NCBI GenBank assembly: GCA_930987725.1
Contig: CAKNKY010000006.1
Location: 3,476 to 67,475, forward strand
Origin: an uncultured Anaeromassilibacillus sp.
GTDB lineage: Bacteria > Bacillota > Clostridia > Oscillospirales > Acutalibacteraceae
DNA: 64,000 bases
Direction: 5' to 3'
The translations under genes were made by a program, and so were the position numbers. Position 1 is the stretch's first letter. The number at the start of each line of letters is the position of its first letter. This document shows positions 36,059 through 45,104 of the stretch, in pieces. The notes beneath the pieces were generated by a model. That model had not been told where the DNA came from and searched no databases. It saw only the letters and a list, made by a program, of their open reading frames with translations.

Positions 36059-37261
36059 TCACAGGCGGATGACGCCGTGCGAAAGATCCTGCCCGCACGG
36101 CGCGGGGAAAGGGCAGAAGAGCGCGTGCAGATCGCAGCCTTTTCCCTCCAATTCAACCACAATTCGGCCTGTTTTGCCAAGGTGCAAAAGATCAGAGGAA
36201 TGGGTGCAAAGCGGCAGTTTTCCTGTTCTTTTTGCCTTCCGGAGCAGGGGCGCGGCCTCTGCGCGGAAGCCCAAAAGCCGAAGGTAAGGCGGCAGGCCGG
36301 CGGCGTGTTCCGCGCGCAGGCCGAGCAGGGCGCTGTAGGCGATGCGGCGCAGCCTTGCCAGCGGATACCGCTTCGTCTTTGCGAGCCGGAAGAATGCTTC
36401 GGCCGTGCCGGCTTGCCGGGATGCCGCGAACAGGCGGTTTTCCAGCCCCTCGCTCACATCCGGCAGGCGGGCGAACGCGTCGCGCGGCAGCGATCGCAGG
36501 CAGGCGAGCAGCGCCCGCTCCATGCGCGCCGGGTCGGCCGGGGCGGCGCCGCGCGCCAGCTCACGCTGCGCGATCTCCTCCGCCTGCGGCATCATCAGCC
36601 CGTGCCAGTTTTCGCCGCGGAGCATGCGGCCGCGGATTGCCGTGGCGCTCGCCAGGCTGCCGCTTGATGTTTCGTCGTGGTGGCCGGGGCCGGTGCGTGT
36701 CACGGTGAACGGCTGCATCGCAAGCCCCAGCCTGCGGCAGGCCTTCAGGTATTCCACGGCCAGCGTGTTGTTCGGTTCGCGCAGCAGGTCGGCCGCGTCA
36801 TTCCCCGCCAGTGCGCGCACTGCCCGCTCGCGTGCGGCCGCAAAGGAGAGGCCCTTCGCCAGCTCGCGCTTCACGGCGAGGGAGAACGGCTCCGAGAGCA
36901 GGAGCTGCGCGAGCGCGCCGAGTGCCTGTGCGTCCCCGCACTCGCTGCCGAAGCAGATCGTGCCGCAGCCGATCTGGGAGAGCAGGAAGGCGCCGCCCTC
37001 CGCGAACCGTTCCGCGCCGGCCATGGCCCACGGCAGCGGCAGCTCGAACACGGCGTCCGCGCCGCAGCGCAGCGCCATCTCCGCGCGCGCCCATTTGGAA
37101 AAGAGGGCAGGGCCGCCGCGCTGCACGAAATCGCCGCTCATCACCACGGCGATCTGCTGGGCGCCCGCCTGCCGCGCGGCGTGCAGGAGCGCTGCATGGC
37201 CGCGGTGGAAGGGATTGAATTCCGCAATGATGCCGAATATGCCGTTCTGCTGTGACGCCAT
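36059..37261 (-). CDS. tmcAL: tRNA(Met) cytidine acetate ligase (UPF0348/YlbM nucleotidyltransferase family)
   Basis: GIIAEFNPFHRGHAALLHAARQAG...VVMSGDFVQRGGPALFSKWARAEMAL is the characteristic N-terminal HxGH nucleotidyltransferase region of TmcAL. Confidence 0.85.
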   Translation of the reverse strand: MASQQNGIFGIIAEFNPFHRGHAALLHAARQAGAQQIAVVMSGDFVQRGGPALFSKWARAEMALRCGADAVFELPLPWAMAGAERFAEGGAFLLSQIGCGTICFGSECGDAQALGALAQLLLSEPFSLAVKRELAKGLSFAAARERAVRALAGNDAADLLREPNNTLAVEYLKACRRLGLAMQPFTVTRTGPGHHDETSSGSLASATAIRGRMLRGENWHGLMMPQAEEIAQRELARGAAPADPARMERALLACLRSLPRDAFARLPDVSEGLENRLFAASRQAGTAEAFFRLAKTKRYPLARLRRIAYSALLGLRAEHAAGLPPYLRLLGFRAEAAPLLRKAKRTGKLPLCTHSSDLLHLGKTGRIVVELEGKGCDLHALFCPFPAPCGQDLSHGVIRL

Positions 37262-37305
37262 GCGCGCCCTCCTTCGTAAAACCCGCCGAAAACGGGGGCA
37301 AAATC

Positions 37306-37334
37306 TTGCAAAAGCACCGGAAATGTACTATACT
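37306..37334 (+). promoter_or_regulatory. candidate promoter for ackA
   Basis: TTGCAA, a 17-nt spacer, then TATACT. Confidence 0.5.
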
Positions 37335-37463
37335 AATTCTGTGATGCGCGCCCGGAACCTGCCGGCCGCGCGGGGAACGAACCATCCCCATTATAGTGGA
37401 TCGCACAGCCGGCCGCAAGGCGCGCGGCCCGGGTTGCAATAAAAAAGCAAACAGGAGGATATT

Positions 37464-38717
37464 ATGAAAGTATTGGTTATCAATGCGGGCAGCTCTTCGC
37501 TCAAATACCAGCTCATCGATATGAACAACGAAGAGATGCTTGCCAAGGGAAATTGCGAACGCATCGGCCAGGAAAGCGGGATGTTTACCCATAAGACGGC
37601 GGACGGCCGTTCCATCAAGAAGCGCGTTGTCATGAACAACCACATTGAAGCGTTCCAGATGGTGACGCAGGCGCTCACGGATCCGGAAGCCGGCGTCATC
37701 AAGAAGCTCACCGAGATCTCCGCCGTCGGCCACCGCGTGGCGCAGGGCGGCTCCATCTTCCGCAAGTCCGTTCTGGTGAACGACGAGGTGCTCAAGGGCA
37801 TCGAAAGCCTGATCCCGCTTGCGCCGCTGCACAACGGCCCTGAGCTGGACGGTATCCGCGCCTGCCAGCATGTATTCGGGCCGGATGTGCCCCAGTGCGT
37901 GGTGTTTGACACCTCCTTCCACTCCACCATGCCGCCGAAGGCTTACATGTATGCCATCCCCTATGAGTACTACACGAAGTACAAGATCCGCCGCTACGGC
38001 TTCCACGGCACCTCCCACCGCTATGTGAGCAAGCATTGCGCCCACCTCATGCACCAGCCCCTCGAGGACATGAACATGATCACCTGCCACATCGGCAACG
38101 GCTCCTCCATTGCTGCCATCCGCGACGGCAAGGTCATCGACACCACGATGGGCCTCACCCCGCTCGACGGCTTCATGATGGGCACGCGCAGCGGCTCGCT
38201 CGATCCCTCCATCGTCACGTTCATCATGGAGCAGGAGGGCCTCACCCCCGGCGAGATGAGCGACATCCTGAACATGAAGTCCGGCATGTACGGCATCTGC
38301 GGCTACAGCGACGACCGCGATGTCACGAAGGCCGAGATCGAAGGCGATCCGCGTGCCATCCTGGCGCATGACATGCTCTCCTATCAGATTGCGAAGTACA
38401 TCGGCTCCTATATCACCGCCATGGGCGGCCTCGACTGCCTGGTGTTCACCGCCGGCCTCGGCGAGAACCAGCCGCACCTGCGCTACAGCGTGTGCCGTTA
38501 CCTCAAGTACATGGGCGTGAAGATCGACGGCGAGCTCAACGACAAGATGGTCGGCGGCCGGGAAGGCAAGATTTCCACCCCCGATTCCTCCGTGCCGGTG
38601 TGGATCATCAGCACGAACGAGGAACTGATCATTGCCCGCGACACGAAGCAGATCGTGGAAAAGCTCAAGTATGCTTCCACGGAGGATAAAACGGTCGTCG
38701 ATCCCGAGGATATTTGA
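37464..38717 (+). CDS. ackA: acetate kinase
   Basis: MKVLVINAGSSSLKYQLIDM..., HRVAQGG, RYGFHGTSH and TAGLGEN. Confidence 0.95.
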   Translation: MKVLVINAGSSSLKYQLIDMNNEEMLAKGNCERIGQESGMFTHKTADGRSIKKRVVMNNHIEAFQMVTQALTDPEAGVIKKLTEISAVGHRVAQGGSIFRKSVLVNDEVLKGIESLIPLAPLHNGPELDGIRACQHVFGPDVPQCVVFDTSFHSTMPPKAYMYAIPYEYYTKYKIRRYGFHGTSHRYVSKHCAHLMHQPLEDMNMITCHIGNGSSIAAIRDGKVIDTTMGLTPLDGFMMGTRSGSLDPSIVTFIMEQEGLTPGEMSDILNMKSGMYGICGYSDDRDVTKAEIEGDPRAILAHDMLSYQIAKYIGSYITAMGGLDCLVFTAGLGENQPHLRYSVCRYLKYMGVKIDGELNDKMVGGREGKISTPDSSVPVWIISTNEELIIARDTKQIVEKLKYASTEDKTVVDPEDI

Positions 38718-38750
38718 AGGGAAAGCCCCTGAATCCGGGAGGAGAATGAC

Positions 38751-39113
38751 ATGGGCTATCTGGGAAACGTGCTCTGGTTCCTCTGCTGCGGCCTTTATCA
38801 GGGCCTGGCCTGGTGCCTGGCGGGCGCGCTGTGGTGTGTTACACTTGTGGGCATCCCGGTGGGGCTGCAGTGCTTCAAGCTGGCGGGCCTTTCCTTCTTC
38901 CCGTTCGGGAAGGAAGTCCGCTATGGCGGCGGGGCAGGATCCTTCCTGCTGAACCTCGTGTGGGTAATCGTGAGCGGTATCCCGCTGGCGTTGGCCGCCG
39001 TGCTGAACGGCGCGCTCCTCTGCGTCACGGTTGTGGGGATCCCGTTCGGCCTGCAGTGCTTCAAGCTGGCCAAGCTGGCGTTCATGCCTTTTGGCTCCGA
39101 GATTGTCTCCTGA
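38751..39113 (+). CDS. YccF domain-containing inner membrane protein
   Basis: Duplicated GIPVGLQCFKLAGLSFFPFG / GIPFGLQCFKLAKLAFMPFG motifs. Confidence 0.85.
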   Translation: MGYLGNVLWFLCCGLYQGLAWCLAGALWCVTLVGIPVGLQCFKLAGLSFFPFGKEVRYGGGAGSFLLNLVWVIVSGIPLALAAVLNGALLCVTVVGIPFGLQCFKLAKLAFMPFGSEIVS

Positions 39114-39128
39114 GGGGACTGCAAAGAT

Positions 39129-39176
39129 AAAAAGGCCTGCCGCACAGGCAAAAAGCCGTGCGGCAGGCCTTTTTTG
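39129..39176. terminator. bidirectional intrinsic terminator (yccF-like / lgt)
   Basis: AAAAAGGCCTGCCGCAC / GTGCGGCAGGCCTTTTTT. Confidence 0.8.
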
Positions 39177-39188
39177 TGTTTCAGCCGC

Positions 39189-39986
39189 TCATTCCCGCGC
39201 CGGTGCGGGCGTGCGGTGATGATTGATCAGAGGGAAAAGCAGCGTGCCCAAAAGCAGCAGCATGCTGATGATCTGTGAGGTGGAAAAGCCGAACAGGAAG
39301 CCGCGGTATGCATCCCCGCGCAGGAATTCCAGGAAGAAGCGCCCCACGCTGTAGACGCACAGATAGACGGCCAGCAGCCGCCCGCGGCACAGCCCGCGAT
39401 GCAGCAGGGCGAACAGGGCAAGAAACAGCAGCAGGCAGAACAGCGCCTCCAGCAGCTGCACCGGGAAGCGGCGCACGCCGTTTGCCTGCGGGATGGGATT
39501 CTGTGTGTAGACAAAGCCCACGGGGCACTCGATGCCGTAGCAGCAGCCGCCCAGGAAACAGCCCACGCGGCCGAAGGTGTGGAACAGCGGCACGGAGACA
39601 GCCATCACGTCCACATAGCCTGCCGGCAGCTTCTTCTTTTTCCAGTAAAGACCGCCGGCCGCCATGCCGCCCAGCAGACCGCCGTAAAACACGGAGCCGC
39701 CGAACACGAGCAGCATCCCGCTCCAGAAGTCGCCGGAAAGGCCCGTTTCCGGCACGCGGGCGAGCACCTGACCGAGCAGCGGCAGATTGGTGATGCCATA
39801 CAGGATGTGCCCGCCCACCAGCGCGCCGACGGCGCACAGCAGCAGAGCGACGATCATGTCGTCCACGTCGAGGCCGCGCTTTTTCGCCTGCACGCACGCA
39901 AACAGCCCGCACGCGAAGATGCCCGCCAGAGCACAGAGGGGGTAAATGCCGAATGTCTTGCCGAAAAGCTCAAACGGTGGAATCAA
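39189..39986 (-). CDS. lgt: prolipoprotein diacylglyceryl transferase
   Basis: YGGLLGG and GRVGCFLGGCCYG motifs in a polytopic protein of 265 aa. Confidence 0.9.
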   Translation of the reverse strand: MIPPFELFGKTFGIYPLCALAGIFACGLFACVQAKKRGLDVDDMIVALLLCAVGALVGGHILYGITNLPLLGQVLARVPETGLSGDFWSGMLLVFGGSVFYGGLLGGMAAGGLYWKKKKLPAGYVDVMAVSVPLFHTFGRVGCFLGGCCYGIECPVGFVYTQNPIPQANGVRRFPVQLLEALFCLLLFLALFALLHRGLCRGRLLAVYLCVYSVGRFFLEFLRGDAYRGFLFGFSTSQIISMLLLLGTLLFPLINHHRTPAPARE

Positions 39987-40011
39987 AAAGGGCTCTCCTC
40001 CTTCCGCTCAT

Positions 40012-40049
40012 AAAAAATGCTATACGCCCGAAAGCGTATAGCATTTTTT
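40012..40049. terminator. AT-flanked perfect hairpin between the DUF4190 gene and lgt
   Basis: AAAAAATGCTATACGC / GCGTATAGCATTTTTT. Confidence 0.7.
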
Positions 40050-40071
40050 ATCGAACCATGCGCTCCTGTTC

Positions 40072-40356
40072 TCAGGAAAGAGCGCCGGCAGCGGCCAGGG
40101 AGCCGATGGTGCCGAGCGCGCAGACAACACACAGAATGCTCAGCGCACCGAGCACGACACCGATGATGCCGAGCACCATGCCGGCGGTTGCCATGCCCTT
40201 CTGATTCTCTTCCGAGAGCTTGCGGCCCTTCACACCGAATACGATAGCTAGGATAGCCACAACAAAGGCCACATAGGAAACGTAAGGAATGAAGGATCCG
40301 ACAATGCCGACGATGCCGCACACAAGCGCCGCAATGGAAGCGTTCTTTGCGTTCAT
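40072..40356 (-). CDS. DUF4190-type small membrane protein
   Basis: MNAKNASIAALVCGIVGIVGSFIP...MATAGMVLGIIGVVLGAL. ATG 40356 follows GGAGGG. The track ORF extends to 40410. Confidence 0.7.
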   Translation of the reverse strand: MNAKNASIAALVCGIVGIVGSFIPYVSYVAFVVAILAIVFGVKGRKLSEENQKGMATAGMVLGIIGVVLGALSILCVVCALGTIGSLAAAGALS

Positions 40357-40545
40357 GAAATACCCTCCAGTCAAACAAGATAAGAACGTTATCCGATAGG
40401 ACAACTTCATTCTATCGTATCTTGCTGCCTCTTGTCAATAATTTCGGAAAAATTAAGATAAATGACGAATTTTTACACATAGTTTTATAATTTTAATACA
40501 AAAACAAACTTGTTCTCTCTTCCGGTGAGGGAATCTGGAACGCGC

Positions 40546-40574
40546 TTGTATTCATATTTTGGGAATGCTATAAT
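40546..40574 (+). promoter_or_regulatory. candidate promoter for the GT2-GT4-yhhN-murE-murF gene string
   Basis: TTGTAT, a 17-nt spacer, then TATAAT, within an AT-rich 277-bp spacer. Confidence 0.5.
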
Positions 40575-40633
40575 GAGGGGAAAGAAGCGGCACCGGAAGC
40601 GTACGGTGAAACAGACGAAAGGGGCGTTGAACA

Positions 40634-41698
40634 TTGCCCAAAGTAAGTGTGATTGTGCCGGTCTACAATGTGGAGCGGTATCTGAACCAATGCGTGGAAA
40701 GCCTTCTGCGCCAGACATTCCCGGATTTCGAGCTTCTGCTTGTGAACGACGCTTCCACAGACGGTTCTCTCGCACTGTGCCGCCGCTATGAAAGCGATCC
40801 GCGCGTGCGCGTGATCGACAAGCCCCACGGCGGCCTGGGCGACACGCGCAACCGGGGCGTGCGGGAGGCGCGCGGGGAGTACCTGGCCTTTGTCGATTCG
40901 GACGATTGGGTGGAACCGTGCATGCTGGAGGATCTCACGGCGGCGGCGGACAGGGAAGAGGCCGACCTTGTGCTGTTCGATTACGTCCGTGAGAATGAGG
41001 AGGACGGCGTGAGCCGCGTCTGCTCGCTGCCGGCAGTGCCCGGCGCCCCGCAGGAGAAGACGGCCGCGCGCGTGCTGCAGGAGCTGACAGGCCCCGCGCC
41101 CGATTCCGGCCCCTGGCGGGAGGTGGAAATGCTGGGCTGCGCCTGGCGGCGGCTCTACCGCCGCGCGTGGTTCTGCGGGTGCGGCCTTTCCTATTATAAG
41201 GAGCAGGAGGTTATGCTCGAGGATCTGCCCGTCTCCATCCAGGCGCATGTGCTGGCGCGCCGCACCGTGTATGTGCCCGGCGCCTACTATCATTACCGCT
41301 ACAATCCCGTATCGCTGAGCACGCGGTACCGGCCGGGGAAAATGGAGATGCTGCTGCGCTGCCACGCGATCATCGGGGCGTTCCTCGAGGCGCACGGTCT
41401 GGCCGAGGCCTATGCGGACCGCCGCAGCGCCTGGCTGGTGCGGCAGGCGGCCCACGGCTCGCTCGTGAACTGCTTTTCTCCGCAGAACCCGGCGGGCTTT
41501 GGCGCCAGATGGCGGGAGGTGCGCGGGATCCTGCGCCAGCCCGCCGTGCGCGAATCGTGCGCTTCGCCCAACCTGAAGCACGGCACGAAGGCGGATCGGG
41601 TGATCCGCCTGATCATCGGTTCGCGCTGTACGGCGGCCGCCTATCTATTTTACAGCCTGTACGCCCGCTCCCTGCGCCGCAGCGCCGGGAAGAAATAA
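40634..41698 (+). CDS. glycosyltransferase family 2 protein
   Basis: PKVSVIVPVYNVERYLNQCVESLLRQTFPDFELLLVNDASTDGS...AFVDSDDW. TTG start. Confidence 0.88.
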   Translation: MPKVSVIVPVYNVERYLNQCVESLLRQTFPDFELLLVNDASTDGSLALCRRYESDPRVRVIDKPHGGLGDTRNRGVREARGEYLAFVDSDDWVEPCMLEDLTAAADREEADLVLFDYVRENEEDGVSRVCSLPAVPGAPQEKTAARVLQELTGPAPDSGPWREVEMLGCAWRRLYRRAWFCGCGLSYYKEQEVMLEDLPVSIQAHVLARRTVYVPGAYYHYRYNPVSLSTRYRPGKMEMLLRCHAIIGAFLEAHGLAEAYADRRSAWLVRQAAHGSLVNCFSPQNPAGFGARWREVRGILRQPAVRESCASPNLKHGTKADRVIRLIIGSRCTAAAYLFYSLYARSLRRSAGKK

Positions 41699-41737
41699 CG
41701 GCTGCCCGAAAAGGGCGGAAAGGACGGGAGAGCCGTC

Positions 41738-42943
41738 ATGGAAAAAAAGAGCGTTCTGTTTGTGAATTTCAGCCTGCACAGCGGCGGCATTGAAAAAAGC
41801 CTTGTCACGCTGCTGCACCTGTTCGACTATGAAAAATACGACGTGGATCTGCAGCTTTTTGCAGATGAAGGGCTGTTCCTGCCCCGCGTGCCGGAGCAGG
41901 TGAACCACCTGCCCTCGCTGTTCCCCCCCGAATACCGGCTGCAGATCCGCCGGGCGCTGCCCGCCCTGCTGCGGCAAAAGAAGCCGCTTATCGCGCTGTG
42001 CCGCCTGCTCGTGAGTTTTGCGGGCAAGACGCCGGGCGGCATGGGGGATCGGCTCGCGCGCATGTGGCGCATCGAAAAGCATTTCGTGCGTGCCCCGAAA
42101 AAGGAATACGATGCCGTGGTCGCCTTCATGGAAGGCCAGCCCATCTATTACGCCGTCACAAAGGTGAAGGCAAAGCGGAAGATCGGCTTCATCCACGGCG
42201 ATTACAAGGCCATGGGGCTGGACGAGGACTATGACCGCCGATTTTTCGGCCGGCTCCACGCGCTGTGCACCGTCTCGGAATCCTGCCGGGACGCGCTGTG
42301 CGAGGTGTTTCCGCAGTGGGAGAACCGCTTTTTCGTGATCTACAACATCATCTCGCCTGCCTTCCTGCGCAAGCTTGCGCAGGAGCCGGCCGATTTCGGT
42401 GATTCCTTCGCCGGGCCGCGGCTGCTCACCATCGCGCGCCTTTCCCCGCAGAAGGGGCTGGATCTCGCCCTGCTGGCGGCGCTGATCCTGAAAAAGCGCG
42501 GCTATTCCTTCCGCTGGTACATCATCGGCGTCGGGCCGGAGGAGGCCGACCTGCGCGATCAGGCCGAGGCGCTGGGGCTGAACGACACCGTCTTTTTCCT
42601 GGGGGAGAAAGCCAACCCCTATCCCTATGTGCGCGCGTGCACGGTGTATGTGCAGCCCTCGCGCTTTGAGGGAAAGAGCATTGCCGTGGATGAGGCCATG
42701 GCGCTGGCCAAACCGATTCTGCTCACCGATTTTTCCACGGCAGCCGATCAGATCGACTCCGGGAAAACGGGCCTTATCGTGCCCCTTTCGCCGGACGGCA
42801 TCGCCCAGGGCCTGCAGCAGCTGCTCGACAGCGCTTCGCTGCGCGATTCTTATTCCAAAGCCCTGGCTTCCCTGGATCTTTCCAACGAGGGGGAAATCAG
42901 CAAGCTGTACGATCTCATCGAGGGCCGCCGCCCGCCGCAGTGA
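41738..42943 (+). CDS. glycosyltransferase family 4 (GT-B) protein
   Basis: VLFVNFSLHSGGIEKSLVTLL..., then the C-terminal VYVQPSRFEGKSIAVDEAMALAKPIL (E-X7-E context). Confidence 0.85.
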   Translation: MEKKSVLFVNFSLHSGGIEKSLVTLLHLFDYEKYDVDLQLFADEGLFLPRVPEQVNHLPSLFPPEYRLQIRRALPALLRQKKPLIALCRLLVSFAGKTPGGMGDRLARMWRIEKHFVRAPKKEYDAVVAFMEGQPIYYAVTKVKAKRKIGFIHGDYKAMGLDEDYDRRFFGRLHALCTVSESCRDALCEVFPQWENRFFVIYNIISPAFLRKLAQEPADFGDSFAGPRLLTIARLSPQKGLDLALLAALILKKRGYSFRWYIIGVGPEEADLRDQAEALGLNDTVFFLGEKANPYPYVRACTVYVQPSRFEGKSIAVDEAMALAKPILLTDFSTAADQIDSGKTGLIVPLSPDGIAQGLQQLLDSASLRDSYSKALASLDLSNEGEISKLYDLIEGRRPPQ

Positions 42944-42956
42944 GGAGGGGAGAGGC

Positions 42957-43586
42957 ATGAAGCTGTTCCTGGCCGTCGTTCTGTTCCTGCTCATGGAGGG
43001 CGGGCTGTATCTCTATCTCGACGGGCCGAAGCGCGGGGATCTGCGCTGCAAGGCGCTCACCACGCTCATGCCTGTGCTGCTCGGCCTTTACGGCACGGTG
43101 CACCGCGGCGGTGAATCCTGGGTGCTGTTCGCGGCGCTGTGCGTCTGCCTTGTGTCAGATGTGCTGATCGGCGTGCACTTTGTGGCGGGTGTATTCTCGT
43201 TCCTCGCGGCGCATGTTCTGCTCATCGTTCATCTGCTGTTGCAGGCGCAGCCCACGCCGTGGAGCATCCCGCTCTGGGCGCTGCTCTATCTGCTTCTGTT
43301 CGCATATTATAGGAAAACGATCCCCACGCTTGGGGAAAAACGCGTGCCGCTCTGCGTTTACCCGGTTTTCCTGTTCGGCATGCTGTCGCTGGCTGCCGCG
43401 CTGCCCTTCCTGCGGCCGGGCGCGTCCTCCGTCTGCCTGGCGCTCGGGGCGCTCTGCTTCACCGTTTCCGATCTCATCCTGGCAGACGGCGTCGTCACGC
43501 AGCGCGAATCCTCGCGGCGCGATCATGCCGTGATGCATCTCTACGAACCGGCCGTCTATCTGCTGGCGCTCAGCGTCGTGCTGTGA
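42957..43586 (+). CDS. lysoplasmalogenase/YhhN family membrane protein
   Basis: 209-aa polytopic protein with the SD(V/L)LI motif twice (CLVSDVLIG and FTVSDLILADG), as in the YhhN family. Confidence 0.75.
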   Translation: MKLFLAVVLFLLMEGGLYLYLDGPKRGDLRCKALTTLMPVLLGLYGTVHRGGESWVLFAALCVCLVSDVLIGVHFVAGVFSFLAAHVLLIVHLLLQAQPTPWSIPLWALLYLLLFAYYRKTIPTLGEKRVPLCVYPVFLFGMLSLAAALPFLRPGASSVCLALGALCFTVSDLILADGVVTQRESSRRDHAVMHLYEPAVYLLALSVVL

Positions 43587-43619
43587 CGGCGGTCCAACCT
43601 GTATTTGGGAGGTTTCTGC

Positions 43620-45095
43620 ATGTCAACCGAGAAAAAACTGGGGGATCTGCTCGCGCGGATCTCCTTCCAGACGGAGTCTGCCCCTGAAGCCCTCGAGGCG
43701 CAGGTGAGCGACATTGTGTATGATTCCCGCCAGGCAGGGCCGGGTCGCGTGTTCGTCTGCCTGCGCGGCGCGCGCGCCGACGGCCACGCCTATGCGAAGG
43801 CCGCCGGGGAGGCGGGCTGCTGCGCCGTCCTGGCGGAACGGCCGGTGGAAACGGGCGGCGCGCCGCTCTTTTTGGTCTCGAACACGCGCGAAGCGCTCGC
43901 GGAGCTGAGCGCCGCCTTCTTCGGCCGCCCGGCGGAGGAACTGCGCGTGGTGGGCATCACCGGCACGAAGGGCAAGACGACCACCGCCCACATGGTGCGC
44001 GCCATCCTGGAGGAGGCGGGCATCCCCACCGGCATGATCGGCACCATCGGCATCGACTACGGGGACACGCACGTGAACACCGTGAACACCACGCCGGAAT
44101 CGTATGAGATCCAGCGGGCCCTGCGCGCCATGCTGGACGCCGGCTGCCGCGCCGCCGTGCTGGAGGCCTCGTCCATCGGCCTGCGGGATCACCGCCTCGA
44201 TTCGCTCCCGTTCTTCGCCGGGGTATTCACGAATTTCTCGGAGGATCACATTGGCGGCGACGAGCACAAGGATATGGCGGAATACCTGGCCTGCAAGAGC
44301 CTGCTCTTTCAAAAGTGCGCGACGGGCGTCGTCAACGTGGACGATCCCGCGTGGGAGGGCGTAACGCGCGGCCATACGTGCGCGCTGCAAACGTTCGGCT
44401 TTTCGGAGAGGGCCGGGCTGCGCGCGTCCGATGACCGGCTTGTGACGCGGCCCGGTTTCCTCGGCGTCGCCTTCTCGATGACGGGCCGCCGCACGATGGA
44501 GGCGGAGGTTGATATCCCCGGCCGCTTCAACGTCTATAATGCGCTGGCCGCCGCCGCTGCGTGCACGCTCTTCGACGTGCCGGATGAGGCGATCCGCCGC
44601 GGCCTGGCGCGCGTGAAGGTGAAGGGGCGCGTGGAGCCCGTGCCGGTGCCGGGCCCGTTCACGCTGCTCATCGATTACGCGCACAATGCCGTGAGCATGG
44701 AGAGCATCCTCACCACGCTGCGGCAGTATCACCCGCACCGCCTGATCTGCCTCTTCGGCGCGGGCGGCAACCGGCCCCGCGCCCGCCGCTATGAGATGGG
44801 CGAGGTGAGCGGCCGTCTGGCCGATCTCTCCGTCATCACGGAGGACAATTCCCGCTTTGAGGATGTGCACGACATCCTGGCCGACATCAAGCAGGGCCTC
44901 GTGCCCACGGGCGGGGCGTATGTGGAGATCCCGGACCGCACTGAGGCGATCCGCTATTGTCTGGCCCACGCGGAGCCGGGCGACATTGTCGTGCTGGCAG
45001 GGAAGGGCCACGAAAGCTATCTGGAGGTCCGCGGCAAGCGCACGCATTACGACGAACGCGAAGTTGTGGCCGGCATTCTGGCCGGCAAGCTGTGA
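43620..45095 (+). CDS. murE: UDP-N-acetylmuramoyl-L-alanyl-D-glutamate--2,6-diaminopimelate ligase
   Basis: GITGTKGKTTT P-loop, DYAHNAVSME, and GAGGNRPRARR (DNPR-type meso-DAP motif context). Confidence 0.92.
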   Translation: MSTEKKLGDLLARISFQTESAPEALEAQVSDIVYDSRQAGPGRVFVCLRGARADGHAYAKAAGEAGCCAVLAERPVETGGAPLFLVSNTREALAELSAAFFGRPAEELRVVGITGTKGKTTTAHMVRAILEEAGIPTGMIGTIGIDYGDTHVNTVNTTPESYEIQRALRAMLDAGCRAAVLEASSIGLRDHRLDSLPFFAGVFTNFSEDHIGGDEHKDMAEYLACKSLLFQKCATGVVNVDDPAWEGVTRGHTCALQTFGFSERAGLRASDDRLVTRPGFLGVAFSMTGRRTMEAEVDIPGRFNVYNALAAAAACTLFDVPDEAIRRGLARVKVKGRVEPVPVPGPFTLLIDYAHNAVSMESILTTLRQYHPHRLICLFGAGGNRPRARRYEMGEVSGRLADLSVITEDNSRFEDVHDILADIKQGLVPTGGAYVEIPDRTEAIRYCLAHAEPGDIVVLAGKGHESYLEVRGKRTHYDEREVVAGILAGKL

Positions 45096-45104
45096 AGGAG
45101 GGCG